Assembly (NCBI RefSeq): GCF_963921235.1
Contig: NC_086097.1
Coordinates: 63,862,001 to 63,926,000, forward strand
Direction: 5' to 3'
DNA length: 64,000 nt
From: Mobula hypostoma
Taxonomy: Eukaryota
Below the pieces are notes generated by a model. It did no database searches, had not been told where the DNA came from, and saw only the letters and a program-made list of their open reading frames with translations. The position numbers and the translations under genes are program-made. Positions 50,861-62,450 of this stretch are shown here, one piece after another (positions within the stretch are counted from its first letter, which is position 1; each line of letters opens with the position of its first letter).

Positions 50861-52189
50861 CCAATGCCAACACACATACTGGCCAACTTGCTGAGTGTTT
50901 CCAACAGCTGTTAATTTTGTTTCAGATGTCTAGCATCTGCAGTTTCTTCAGCTTTCATTTAATGACCAATTCCTTCTGCTGGAAATGTGAGCCTTTCAAA
51001 TCCTCAGTCAGAGAACAATGTTTTTCCAGACCATTTCCTGAAGAATGTTCTAGTGAGAACAGCTTTCATCATTCTGAAGCCCATTGAATCTACTCCTAGT
51101 GCTGAATATTAGTAGTTCAAAGTTCGTTCATTGTCATCTGAGTATACAACTAAATAAGACCACGTTCCCGAGGGCTGGCGGTAGATGGGCTGAGTTTTGG
51201 ACTAACTAGACTGTCTTCACAGCACCACCCCTTCATTCTTGGTCTATTTCTATCGTATTCCCTTATAAGGTGAGTTGTTGTCCCTCAAGTTTTGACATAC
51301 ACCTTTTAGTTTCTGAATTTACTATTTCAAGGATACCCTCACTTGTACTGCAACCTCTCTCGTCCTAGAGAGATTCTATATATCACGACTTAGTTTTCAC
51401 CTCATTCAAAAGGACATGTTCACGGTTGCCCAAGTTCATACCACTGGACAAAGTAGGTACTCCCCCCCCCCCCATTCAGCTTTGAGAGTGCTTCATTATT
51501 AGGTCATGATTGACCTGTAGCATAACTGTATAGAGTCAGTCTGCCTCACAGTGCTTCCTTGAAAGTAGACGAAGAAATATCATGTACGAAAGATCTGAAT
51601 ATTTAATGCAGGTCAGATTTATACCCGAATGGAGCTTCGTGTCCATTGACACAGGCCACAACAGTGGTTTGGATAAAAATTTCCTGCTCAATCTTCTTCA
51701 ACTCTAATCAAATAAATTTCAGCATTCTCGGGAACTTTTTCGTCACCCTCTCTCCTCACCGAGCTCTCTTCAAAGACAGGAATGGACAGCTTCTCATGTA
51801 TGAGAGATTTGAATTTCTTGATACAGGCAGAGAGAGCAGTGAGATCCCTTTTAAAATATTGTCTCGATGGCTATTCTCAATACGATGGCGAACTGATTTG
51901 TTCGATTTGGTTGGAAGTAGCAGCCCTCCAAACCGAATTTTGTCCTTAGTCAGTAAGTGGCCAGACACCAGTGCCCATTCTGTGGCACCTGACCATGCAA
52001 CTCCTAGCTTTCCTCTCCTTCCTTCCCAATTTCCAGACATCCTAACAGTTCTCGCAGGCGAAGCAATTCACTCGCAATTCTTCGAGTCCAAGGCATGGCA
52101 TTCGGTGCACATAGTGTTGACTAATCTAATGCAGGCAGAAATTTAATCCCACCTGCAGACACAGGCCGATTGTTTTGCATTCAGTCCGC

Positions 52190-52620
52190 CTGTTTATGTC
52201 TGAGTGGGGAGCGCACCGCTGCCGCCGCCGCCTGGCCATCCAGCGAACTCTGGCTAGTGAACCGCTCGTCACCGCTAACAGCAGTAAATGGCGGAGAAGC
52301 TGCCCGGTCTCGGCCTCTACCTCAGCCCCGGCAACGTGCTGCTCAGTGGGGGCAGTATGGACGCGGAGAAGGTGAGGAAGGGGGCTCGGTGCTGAACAGG
52401 CGGGTTCCCAAATGACCGGAGAACCCCAGTGGGCGGGCGGCGAGGGCGCGGCGCCAGGGCGAGAAGCCGGGCCCGATCGGCCGAGAATGGCTGGCTGTAT
52501 TTCCTGCAGCCGCCGGGAGTGTTTCCTAGTTCCCCACCGGGAGCAGCCTCCTTCCTCCCCCCTCCCGAGAGCGGCCGGGAACGGTCTCCAATTCCCTCCT
52601 CGGGAGCGGCTGGGATTCAT
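52190..52620. promoter_or_regulatory. Second CpG island, promoter/first exon of a + strand gene
   Basis: CpG-rich, with GCC repeats upstream of an ATG and a strong splice donor. Confidence 0.7.
52288..52371 (+). CDS. First coding exon MAEKLPGLGLYLSPGNVLLSGGSMDAEK, tentatively FAM177A1-like
   Basis: ATGG start, 28 open codons and an AAG|GTGAGG donor (phase 0) inside a CpG island. The peptide recalls fish FAM177A1 N-termini (from memory, unverified). No exon 2 was recognised in the window. Confidence 0.55.
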
Positions 52621-53745
52621 CCTTGTCCGTAACTCTTTGCCATATGTCACATAAAGTAGATGATCGTCAATCGTTCCTAAATGGGCAATAGCTCCTTCCC
52701 CTCCCATTTCAGCATTTCGCAGGGATCACTCACTTTGTAACTCCATGATCTGAACATGACAGCACAAGAACAGGCCCTTCAGCCCACAATGTTGTGCTAA
52801 ATTAAATAAATTAGTAATCAAATGATCAGCCAAACTAATCCCCACTGTCTACAGATTATCCAAATCCTTCCATTTCCTGTACCTTCATGTGCCTATTTAA
52901 CGCCTCTTGAATGCCCATATGGTATTCGCCTCCACCACCACCCTAGGCTACATATTCCAGGCATCCACCACTCTCTGTGTGGAACACTTGCCCCTCTCAC
53001 CTTTAATGTACGCCCTCTGGTATTAGGCATTTCAACCCCCGGAAAAAAGAAGATACTGGCTGTCTACCTCTACCTTCTGGCTGGCCCACTCTGACCTTCG
53101 GTCCTCTGGGCTCCTGCATTGCTATGTGTTCAAAGTCAAGCTTGAGGAACAACACCTCCTCTTCCATCAGGATTGCATATTGAATTCTACAATTCTAAGT
53201 AGTTCATTCTTTCTTTCACTCTGCTTCAACACTAGCCATTTCAGCTGGTCATTATGTTGGTTCAATTTTTCTTATTTCTATTCATATAGTCTAGTGTGTG
53301 GGGGGCATATCCCACAGCCTCACCATTTATAGTATATTTCATAGAGAAATGAGCTTATTATGCTGGTAACCATTCCCTTTAAGCTACTTGACTTACCCCT
53401 ATTAGAGATACTTCATTTGTTCTACACATCTCTCCCCATCTGCTCACTTGATGAAAACCAATTTGTATTTCCCTTTCACAATTCTGACCAAGATAGGTTA
53501 ACCATTCTGTCTTGATTTGTTGAGTGATTCCAGCTCTTTCAGTTTTGTTTCAGATTTCCAGCATATTATTTTCTTTCACTGTCCAGCCAGACTAGGAGCT
53601 GGCCACTTTCTTACCAGTATTGCTGGAAATCACTGATAAACCCTCTAGGAACACACGGCATTAGGGTAGGCTGAAATTGGCCACTGCCCCATCAGAATAA
53701 TCTCTGATCTGTTCCTGCTCCAGAAAGGCAGGGTAGGAAATGAAG

Positions 53746-53912
53746 CAACATACATCAAAGTTGCTGGTGAACGCAGCAGGCCAAGCAGCATCTCTAGGAA
53801 GAGGCGCAGTCGACGTTTCAGGCCGAGACCCTTCGTCAGGACCTGGCGTTCACCAGCAACTTTGATGTATGTTGCTTGAATTTCCAGCATCTGCAGAATT
53901 CCTGTTGTTTGC
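53746..53912. mobile_element. Palindromic Penelope-derived mini-element with a 13-bp TSD and a hammerhead on - (53809-53842)
   Basis: TSD GTAGGAAATGAAG at 53733-53745 and 53913-53925. Inverted arms caacatacatcaaagttgctggtgaacgc / gcgttcaccagcaactttgatgtatgttg. Near-identical to 10914-11005. Confidence 0.85.
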
Positions 53913-56627
53913 GTAGGAAATGAAGAATTGGTTGAGCCATTATTTGGGGCAGCTGTGAATTTTGTAATAATTTTGTGACAGATAATTAGAAATAAAAAAT
54001 AACATCCCATCAAAAATGAATCAGAGGAACAAGAATTCACATCCTTAAGATATAAGAATGACTAAAGTTTGGAAAAGAATGTAAACTGACAGGAATGCGC
54101 AGAATGCCAAGTTTCTGGAAAGTAGGCAGGATTAAGAGCAAAAAAAACAGACCATTTGGCATTGCATTTGCTCCGCAATTGCGACAGTTAGCTCATTGCC
54201 ACATTCCTGGGCTAAATCCTATTTTCTGAATCATTTAATATCTAGAAATCTATTATTATTTCTGTGATCCTCCACTGTTCTCCGATAAATAATTCCAAAG
54301 ATTCAGTAACCTCTAGATGTAGAAACTTCCACTGGTCTCAGTTCTTCTTTAGAGTTTGTGATCTCTGGTTCTTAGATGTATAGCTTTGGTAATACTATAA
54401 ATAATTCTATATGCTTTGTACCATTTTTCAAAACTCTTATAGAGTTTACACCCAGTCAATTCAATCCAGTACATCTCTCCTCACAGGAGGAACCTTCACC
54501 CTAACAATCAATCTGGTGAATCTTTCTTGCTTCAATTCCAAGTTTATTCTTCCTTTAGGTGGGAAACAAGCCCTATATATAATATTCCAGGTATGGGCTC
54601 TCTAAGGTCCTTTGTGACAAAAGTTGCTACTTCAGGGTATCTGAGAGTAATGCTGTCTATACAGAATCAGCATCTAATTTCTCTGGTATATAACTAAGCT
54701 TCCATCAATTTCAGAACAGGTTTTTGAGGACAACAACGAACTTCTTATCAAACGCTCCTCATACGATAACGCTTTCAATCCTGCTATCATCCTCCTCTGA
54801 AGCCTTTCCAATGCGAGCACATCTTTTCTTAGGTAAAGAGCCCAAACCTGCTCACAATACTCCAAGTGCATTCTGACCAATGCCCTTTGAAGTTCAAAAT
54901 AACACGAAGTCCAGTGGAATACCACTCGTCACCGTCAGCAAACTAGAAAAGGCCTCCTTTTTTCGCGCACTTTTCCTGCTGCCAGTCAGCCTGTCTTCTA
55001 CCTATGTCAGTGTCTTTCCTGTAATACCATGGGCTCTTATCTTGTTAAGCAGCCTCATGTGCGGTACTTTGTCAAAAGCCTTCTGAAAATCCAAGTAAGC
55101 AACACCCACTGACTCTCATTTGCCTATCTATCCTGCCTGTTATTTCCTCAAAGAATTCCAACTGATTTGTCCTTAAGGAAACCATGCTGACTCTGGCCTA
55201 TTTTATTATGTGCCTCCAAGTACTTTGAAATCTCATCCTTACTAATTGACTCCAACATCTTCCCAACCACTGAAGTCAGGTTAACTGGCATATAATTTCC
55301 TTTCTTCTGCCTCCCTCCCTTCTTAAATGGTGAAGTGGCATTTGCAATGTTCCAGTCCTCCCAAACCATTCCAGAATATAGTGATTCTTGAAAGATCACT
55401 ACTAATGCCTTCACAATCTCTTCAGCAACCAATTTTTAGAACCCTGGGGTGTATTTCATCTGGTCCAGGTTGGTCGTCCCCTCCCAACAATGTCTACCTT
55501 CAGATGTTTGTGCTTCCCAAGCACCTTCTACTTAGTAATAGGTATTAAACTCGCTTCTGCACCCCTCAGCCCCCCAACACTCTCAAATTTTATCAGGCTG
55601 CTGGTACCTTCCACAGTGAAGACTAAGACAAAATACTTATTCAATTCGTCCATCATTTCTTTGTCTCCCTTTACTACTTCTCCAACATCATTTTCCAGTC
55701 GTCCAATATTCACTCTCACCTCCCTTTTACTCTTTATATATCTGAAAAAGCTTTTTGTGTCCTCTTTTATATCATTGGCTAGCTTATCTTTATAGTTAAT
55801 CTTTTCTCTCCGTATTGCTTTTTTAGTTGTCTTCTGTTGATTTTTAAAAGCTTCCCAGTCGTCTAACTGCCCACTAATTTTGCTTTTTATGATGTCTTTG
55901 ACTTACCTTATCAGCTACGATTGTGTCATCCTCCCTTTAGAATATTCCTTCATCTTTGGAATGTATCTATCCTGTGCCTTCCAAGTTGCTCCCAGAATCT
56001 CCTGCCATCACCCCTGCTAGTGTCCCCTTCTAATCAACTTTGGCCACCTCCCCTCTCATGTAATTCCCTTGACTTCACTGTGATACTAATATAAATGACT
56101 TAAGCTTCTCCCTCTCAAAGTGCAGTGTGAATTCTGTCATATTATGATCTCTGTCTCCTAAGGATTTCTTTACCTCAAGCTCCCGAGACACATCTGATTC
56201 ATTACACAACACCTATAGCATTTTCTCTAGTGGGCTCAACCAGAAGCTGCTCTAAAAAGCCATCTACCCGCATTTTGGAATTCAACTAATATAACATTGC
56301 CCTTTCTACCTGCCTTTTCTATATCCTGTTGTAATTTGTATCCCTCATCCTGAGTACTGTTCGGAGGCCTGTATGTAACTCTCATCAGGGTCTTTTTACC
56401 CCTTTAGTTCCTTAACTCTACTCACAAGGATTCGACATTTTAAGGATTTGATTTCATTTTTTTCCAACAGAGCCACTCCAGCCCATCTGCTTATCTGCCT
56501 GTCCTTTTGATACAATGTGTGTCCTTGGATGTTAAGTTCTCAGCCATGATCTTCTTTCAGCCACGACTCAGTGATACCCACGTCATATTTGCTGATCCCT
56601 AACTGCGCCACACAAGCATCTACCTTA

Positions 56628-59600
56628 GAAACATAGAAACATAGAAAATAGGTGCAGGAGTAGGCCATTCGGCCCTTCGAGCCTGCACCGCCATTTATTA
56701 TGATCATGGCTGATCATCCAACTCAGAACCCAGCCTTCCCTCCATACCCCCTGACCCCTGTAGCCACAAGGGCCATATCTAACTTCCTTTTAAACATAGC
56801 TAATGAACTGGCCTCAACAGTTTGCTGTGGCAGAGAATTCCACAGATTCACCACTCTCTGTGTGAAGAAGTTTTTCCTAACCTCGGTCCTAAAAGGCTTC
56901 CCCTCTATCCTCAAACTGTGACCCCTCGTTCTAGACCTCCCCAACATCGGGAACAATCTTCCTGCATCTAGCCTGTCCAATCCCTTTAGGATCTTATACG
57001 TTTCAATCAGATCCCCCCTCAATCTTCTAAATTCCAACGAGTACAAGCCCAGTTCATCCAGTCTTTCTTCATATGAAAGACCTGCCATCCCAGGAATCAA
57101 TCTGGTGAACCTTCTTTGTACTCCCTCTATGGCAAAGATGTCTTTCCTCAGATTAGGGGACCAAAACTGCACACAATACTCCAGGTGTGGTCTCACCAAG
57201 GCCTTGTACAACTGCAGTAGTACCTCCCTGCTCCTGTACTCGAATCCTCTCGCTATAAATGCCAGCATACCGTTCGCCTTTTTCACCGCCTGCTGTACCT
57301 GCATGCCCACTTTCAATGACTGGTGTATAATGACACCCAGGTCTCGTTGCACCTCCCCTTTTCCTAATCGGCCACCATTCAGATAATAATCTGTTTTCCT
57401 ATTTTTGCCACCAAAGTGGATAACTTCACATTTATCCACATTAAATTGCATCTGCCATGAGTTTGCCCACTCACCCAACCTATCCAAGTCACCCTGCATC
57501 CTCTTAGCATCCTCCTCACTGCTAACACTGCCACCCAGCTTCGTGTCATCCGCAAACTTGGAGATGCTGCATTTAATTCCCTCATCCAAGTCATTAATAT
57601 ATATTGTAAACAACTGGGGTCCCAGCACTGAGCCTTGCGGTACCCCACTAGTCACCGCCTGCCATTCTGAAAAGGTCCCGTTTATTCCCACTCTTTGCTT
57701 CCTGTCTGCTAACCAATTCTCCACCCACACCAATACCTTACCCCCAATACCGTGTGCTTTAAGTTTGCACACTAATCTCCTATGTGGGACCTTGTCAAAA
57801 GCCTTTTGAAAATCCAAATATACCACATCCACTGGTTCTCCCCTATCCACTCTACTAGTTACATCCTCAAAAAATTCTATGAGATTCGTCAGACATGATT
57901 TTCCTTTCACAAATCCATGCTGACTTTGTCCGATCATTTCACCGCTTTCCAAATGTGCTGTTATCACATACTTGATAACTGACTCCAGCAGTTTCCCCAC
58001 CACCGACGTTAGGCTAACCGGCCTATAATTCCCCGGTTTCTCTCTCCCTCCTTTTTTAAAAAGTGGGGTTACATTAGCCACCCTCCAATCCTCAGGAACT
58101 AGTCCGGAATCTAACGAGTTTTGAAAAATTATCACTAATGCATCCACTATTTCTTGGGCCACTTCCTTAAGCACTCTGGGATGCAGACCATCTGGCCCTG
58201 GGGATTTATCTGCCTTCAATCCCTTCAATTTACCTAACACCACTTCCCTACTAACATGTATTTCGCTCAGTTCCTCCATCTCACTGGACCCTCTGTCCCT
58301 TACTATTTCTGGAAGATTATTTATGTCCTCCTTAGTGAAGACAGAACCAAAGTAATTATTCAATTGGTCTGCCATGTCCTTGCTCCCCATAATCAATTCA
58401 CCTGTTTCTGTTTGCAGGGGACCTACATTTGTCTTTATCAGTCTTTTCCTTTTTACATATCTATAAAAGCTTTTACAGTCCGTTTTTATGTTCTCTGCCA
58501 GTTTTCTCTCATAATCTTTTTTCCCCTTCCTAATTAAGCCCTTTGTCCTCCTCTGCTGAACTCTGAATTTCTCCCAGTCCTCAGGTGAGCCACTTTCTCT
58601 GGCTAATTTGTATGCTACTTCTTTGGAATTGATACTATCCCTAATTTCTCTTGTCAGCCACGGGTGCACTACCTTCCTTGATTTATTCTTTTGCCAAACT
58701 GGGATGAACAATTGTTGTAGTTCATCCATGCAACCTTTAAATGCCTGCCATTGCATATCCACCGTCAATCCTTGAAGTGTCATTTGCCAGTCTATCTTAG
58801 CTAATTCATGTCTCATACCTTCAAAGTTACCCCTCTTTAAGTTCAGAACCTTTGTTTCTGAATTAACTACGTCACTCTCCATGTTAATGAAGAATTCCAC
58901 CATATTATGGTCACTCTTACCCAAGGGGCCTCTCACGACAAGATCGCTAATTAACCCTTCCTCATTGCTCAAAACCCAGTCCAGAATAGCCTGCTCTCTA
59001 GTCGGTTCCTCGACATGTTGGTTCAAAAAACCATCCCGCATACATTCCAAGAAATCCTCTTCCTCAGCACCTTTACCAATTTGGTTCACCCAGTCTACAT
59101 GTAGATTGAAGTCACCCATTATAACTGCTGTTCCTTTATTGCACACATTTCTAATTTCCTGTTTAATACCATCTCCGACCTCACTACTACTGTTAGGTGG
59201 CCTGTACACAACTCCCACCAGCGTCTTCTGCCCCTTAGTGTTACGCAGCTCTACCCATATCGATTCCACATCTTCCCGGCTTATGTCCTTCCTTTCTATT
59301 GCGTTAATCTCTTTTTTAACCAGCAACGCCACCCCACCTCCCCTTCCTTCGTGTCTATCCCTCCTGAATATTGAATATCCCTGAACGTTGAGCTCCCATC
59401 CCTGGTCACCCTGGAGCCATGTCTCTGTGATCCCAACTATATCATAATCATTAATAACAATCTGCACTTTCAATTCATCCACCTTATTACGAATGCTCCT
59501 TGCATTGACACATAAAGCCTTCAGGCACTCTTTTACAACTCTCTTAGCCCTTTTTAATGCTTGCCCTGGATTTGTCGGCCTGCCACTTTTACTTTTCCCC

Positions 59601-60124
59601 TTTGTACTTTTTGCTTCTACGCTCACTTTACACCCCTCTGTCTCTCTGCACTGGTTCCCATCCCTCTGTTGTGAACTAACCTCCTCACACCTAGCCGCTT
59701 TAATTTGATTCCCACCCCCCAACCATTCTAGTTTAAAGTCACCTCAGTAGCCCCCGCTAATCTCCCTGCCAGGATATTGGTCCCCCGAGGATTTAAGTGT
59801 AACCCGTCCTTTTTGTACAGGTCACACCTGCGCCAAAAGAGGTCCCAATGATCCAAAAACTTGAATCCCTGCCCCCTGCTCCAATCCCTCAGCCACGCAT
59901 TTATCCTCCACCTCATCGCATTCCTACTCTCACTGTCGCGTGGCACAGGCAGTAATCCCGAGATTACTACCTTTGCGGTCCTTTTTCTCAACTCCCTTCC
60001 TAGCTCCCTATATTCTTCTTTCAGGACCTCATCCCTTTTCCTACCTATGTCATTGGTACCTATATGTACCAGGACCTCTGGCTCTTCACCCTCCCACTTC
60101 AGGATATCTTGGACACGATCAGAA
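56628..60124 (-). mobile_element. Young 5'-truncated CR1 nested in an older CR1
   Basis: 6-bp TSD ACCTTA at 56622-56627 and 60125-60130, (TTCTATGT)n tail, and ORF1 SGNH-esterase part (HIGTND, DGLHLN). Confidence 0.93.
56723..59737 (-). CDS. Intact CR1 ORF2 (APE endonuclease + reverse transcriptase, about 1000 aa), no AUG at its start
   Basis: Uninterrupted frame with ETWL, YRPP, GDFN, SDH, QGSVLGP and FADD. The track start is TTG; the frame extends back to the TTTAAAC at 59737. Confidence 0.9.
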   Translation of the reverse strand, partial: FKLEWLGGGNQIKAARCEEVSSQQRDGNQCRETEGCKVSVEAKSTKGKSKSGRPTNPGQALKRAKRVVKECLKALCVNARSIRNKVDELKVQIVINDYDIVGITETWLQGDQGWELNVQGYSIFRRDRHEGRGGGVALLVKKEINAIERKDISREDVESIWVELRNTKGQKTLVGVVYRPPNSSSEVGDGIKQEIRNVCNKGTAVIMGDFNLHVDWVNQIGKGAEEEDFLECMRDGFLNQHVEEPTREQAILDWVLSNEEGLISDLVVRGPLGKSDHNMVEFFINMESDVVNSETKVLNLKRGNFEGMRHELAKIDWQMTLQGLTVDMQWQAFKGCMDELQQLFIPVWQKNKSRKVVHPWLTREIRDSINSKEVAYKLARESGSPEDWEKFRVQQRRTKGLIRKGKKDYERKLAENIKTDCKSFYRYVKRKRLIKTNVGPLQTETGELIMGSKDMADQLNNYFGSVFTKEDINNLPEIVRDRGSSEMEELSEIHVSREVVLGKLKGLKADKSPGPDGLHPRVLKEVAQEIVDALVIIFQNSLDSGLVPEDWRVANVTPLFKKGGREKPGNYRPVSLTSVVGKLLESVIKYVITAHLESGEMIGQSQHGFVKGKSCLTNLIEFFEDVTSRVDRGEPVDVVYLDFQKAFDKVPHRRLVCKLKAHGIGGKVLVWVENWLADRKQRVGINGTFSEWQAVTSGVPQGSVLGPQLFTIYINDLDEGIKCSISKFADDTKLGGSVSSEEDAKRMQGDLDRLGEWANSWQMQFNVDKCEVIHFGGKNRKTDYYLNGGRLGKGEVQRDLGVIIHQSLKVGMQVQQAVKKANGMLAFIARGFEYRSREVLLQLYKALVRPHLEYCVQFWSPNLRKDIFAIEGVQRRFTRLIPGMAGLSYEERLDELGLYSLEFRRLRGDLIETYKILKGLDRLDAGRLFPMLGRSRTRGHSLRIEGKPFRTEVRKNFFTQRVVNLWNSLPQQTVEASSLAMFKRKLDMALVATGVRGYGGKAGF

Positions 60125-62194
60125 ACCTTATTCCACATACTGCGAGCATTCAAATATAAAACCTTCAACGCTGTTTTCATCACCCTTTTCAATTTTCCCC
60201 CATGTTATACTTCAATTGAACCGACTGCAAATTTGCCTTATCATCTACCTGTCCTTCCTCACAGTCTCACTATATGTTGCATCTTCTTGTAAACCAACTG
60301 CCCCATCCATAGCCTTATCACTCTGGTTCCCATCCCCCTGCCAAATTCATTTAAACCTTTCCCAACAGCTTTAGCAAACTTGCCCATAAGGATATTGGTG
60401 CCCCTCGAGTTTAGTTGTAACCCGTCCTTTTTGTTCAAGCTCGAGTTTATTGTCATTCAACTGTATACATCCAAATGAAACAACGTTCCTCTGGACCAAG
60501 GTGCACAACACAGTACATATAACTCACACACACACAACACGTTAGGTAACATTACCACTAGTAAATTCACAAATAATAAGGTGCATTTGTGATACAAGTT
60601 AATGACTATACCAAGTTAATGATCATACTTCCCCAGAAGAGATCCCAGTGATCCAGAAATCTGAACCCTTGCTCTCAGCACCATTTCCTCAGCCACACAT
60701 TCTTCTGCCAAATCATCCCATCTTACCCTCACTGGCACGTGACACAGTCAGCAATCCAGATATTACTACCCTTGAGGTTCTGCTTTTCAGCTTTCTCCCT
60801 AACTCCTCCCATTCTCTCTTTAGGACCTCATCCCTTTTCCTACCTATACTGTGGGTACCAATATGTACCATAACTTCCATCTGTTTACCCTCCCCCTTTA
60901 GGATCCGAGACATCTGTGACTCTGGCACCTGGGAGACAACATAATATCCAAGTGTCTCTTTTGCATCCACAGAATCTCATGTCTGCTCCTTTAATTATGG
61001 AATCCCTTATCACTACTGCACTTCTCTTCTGAGCCACAGAGAAAGACTCGGGGCCCAAGGCCCAGTTGCTGCACCTTCCCCCAGTAGCTCATCCTCTCTA
61101 ACAGTATCCAAAGTGGTGTACTTATTATTGAGGGGAATAGCCACAGGGCTACTCTGCAGTGGCTACCTATTCGCATTTGCTTTCCCTTTCCTGACAGTCA
61201 CCCAGCTATCTGCCTTGTACAATTTAGGAGTGACTACCTCCCTCTAGCTTCTATCTATCAGCGCCTCATTTTCCCATATGAGCTGAAGGCCATCCAGCTT
61301 CGCACCTCCAGTTCCTTAATGTGGTATATAAGGAGCTGTAGCTTTATGCACTTAATACAGATGTAGTTATCAGGGAGACTGGGGGTCTCCCAGTGTTCCC
61401 ACATCTCACACAAAGGATATATCACTAACCCTGGATCTATTCTCAATGCACTATATACTAATAAACAAAGGAAGAAAAAAAACTTAGAGCCTCCGCCATT
61501 GTCATCAGAGCCTGTTGAGCTAAAGCCTTCCACTCTAACCCTGGCCCACTCCAACAATGGCCGCTCTGCTCACTTCTTTTTATTGGTCCTTGCTAATTTA
61601 CTAACAATGCAAGCAGTATTCTGCTCTGCAGACAAATCCTGACAGGTCCCACTTGCTATTGAAAACTGGCGTGTAAACTGCCCAAGGAACTGTCTCAAAA
61701 TCTCTCTGCCTTGAAGCATTCATTTGACCAAAATTCTACTACACTGGATGTTTATTACTTTCCCCTTTTTATAGGCCTCCAACAATTCAGTGGTAACATT
61801 CCGTCCTTCAAGTTTGAACATCATGGTTTTACATTATTTTACAGAGACCTGAATGAGACTATGGAGCACTGCATTGTCAGAGGTGCAAAACAAAATTGAG
61901 ATGATCCTGCCTGCCCCACTTAAGTAAAATATCTTGTAACACAAAACAAAGAGTAGGAAAGTTGTCCTAATGCAATTCCAGAGTATGCACGTTCTCTTTT
62001 GTGAGTGTGATGCAATTGGTTTGTGCACGGAAGAGTGCTCAACAGAAGTGAGATGAGGGATATGTCTTAGTATTGGACATGTCCAGTTACTGTGTCATGA
62101 TAATACAATAGTACCCAGTTGGTAGAGTTGGCTGTGTTAAAACAATGCAATATTATATTTTGTGTGCTATTTCTGTTCCCTGTTGCCTTGGGAA

Positions 62195-62450
62195 AGGTCA
62201 GAATCAGATTTATTATCATCGACTGAGATGACGTGGAGTTTGTTATTTTGCAGCAGCAGTACAGTGCAAAGACAATTATTATAAATTACAAAAATAAATA
62301 GGAAGTTAGTGATCATGCACCATTCAGAAATCTGACCGTGGAGAGAAGGAAGCTGTTCCTGAATCGTCGAGTGTGGGTGTTCAGCTTTGTGGTCTTTCTC
62401 CCCCATCAAGAAGAGGGCATGTCCTGAATGGTGGGGGTCTTTCGTGAAGA
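62195..62450 (-). mobile_element. Rex1/Babar-type LINE 3' end
   Basis: KDPHHSGHALF, an RFRNSF-like sequence, and an aataaatctgattctga tail on -. Confidence 0.6.

Larger units (their letters stand above)
54740..61420 (-). mobile_element. Old, near full-length CR1 (ORF1 zinc finger/esterase and ORF2), split by a younger CR1
   Basis: CEMWE...CIKCIKLQLL (61258-61400), VHIGT...VISGLL (60713-60900), LKVLYLNARS (about 60150), continuing below 56627 with NYMPVNLTS and HLEYC. Confidence 0.8.

Noticed and set aside
59728..60192. 154-aa ORF as a complete CR1 ORF1
   Set aside because: An accidental fusion of the older CR1 ORF2 start (LKVLYLNARS) with the truncated ORF1 of the nested younger CR1 at the ACCTTA TSD.
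61850..61900. ETMEH peptide as FAM177A1 exon 2
   Set aside because: Lacks the surrounding PRR.IHF and EEYSTDE context and is followed by a stop.
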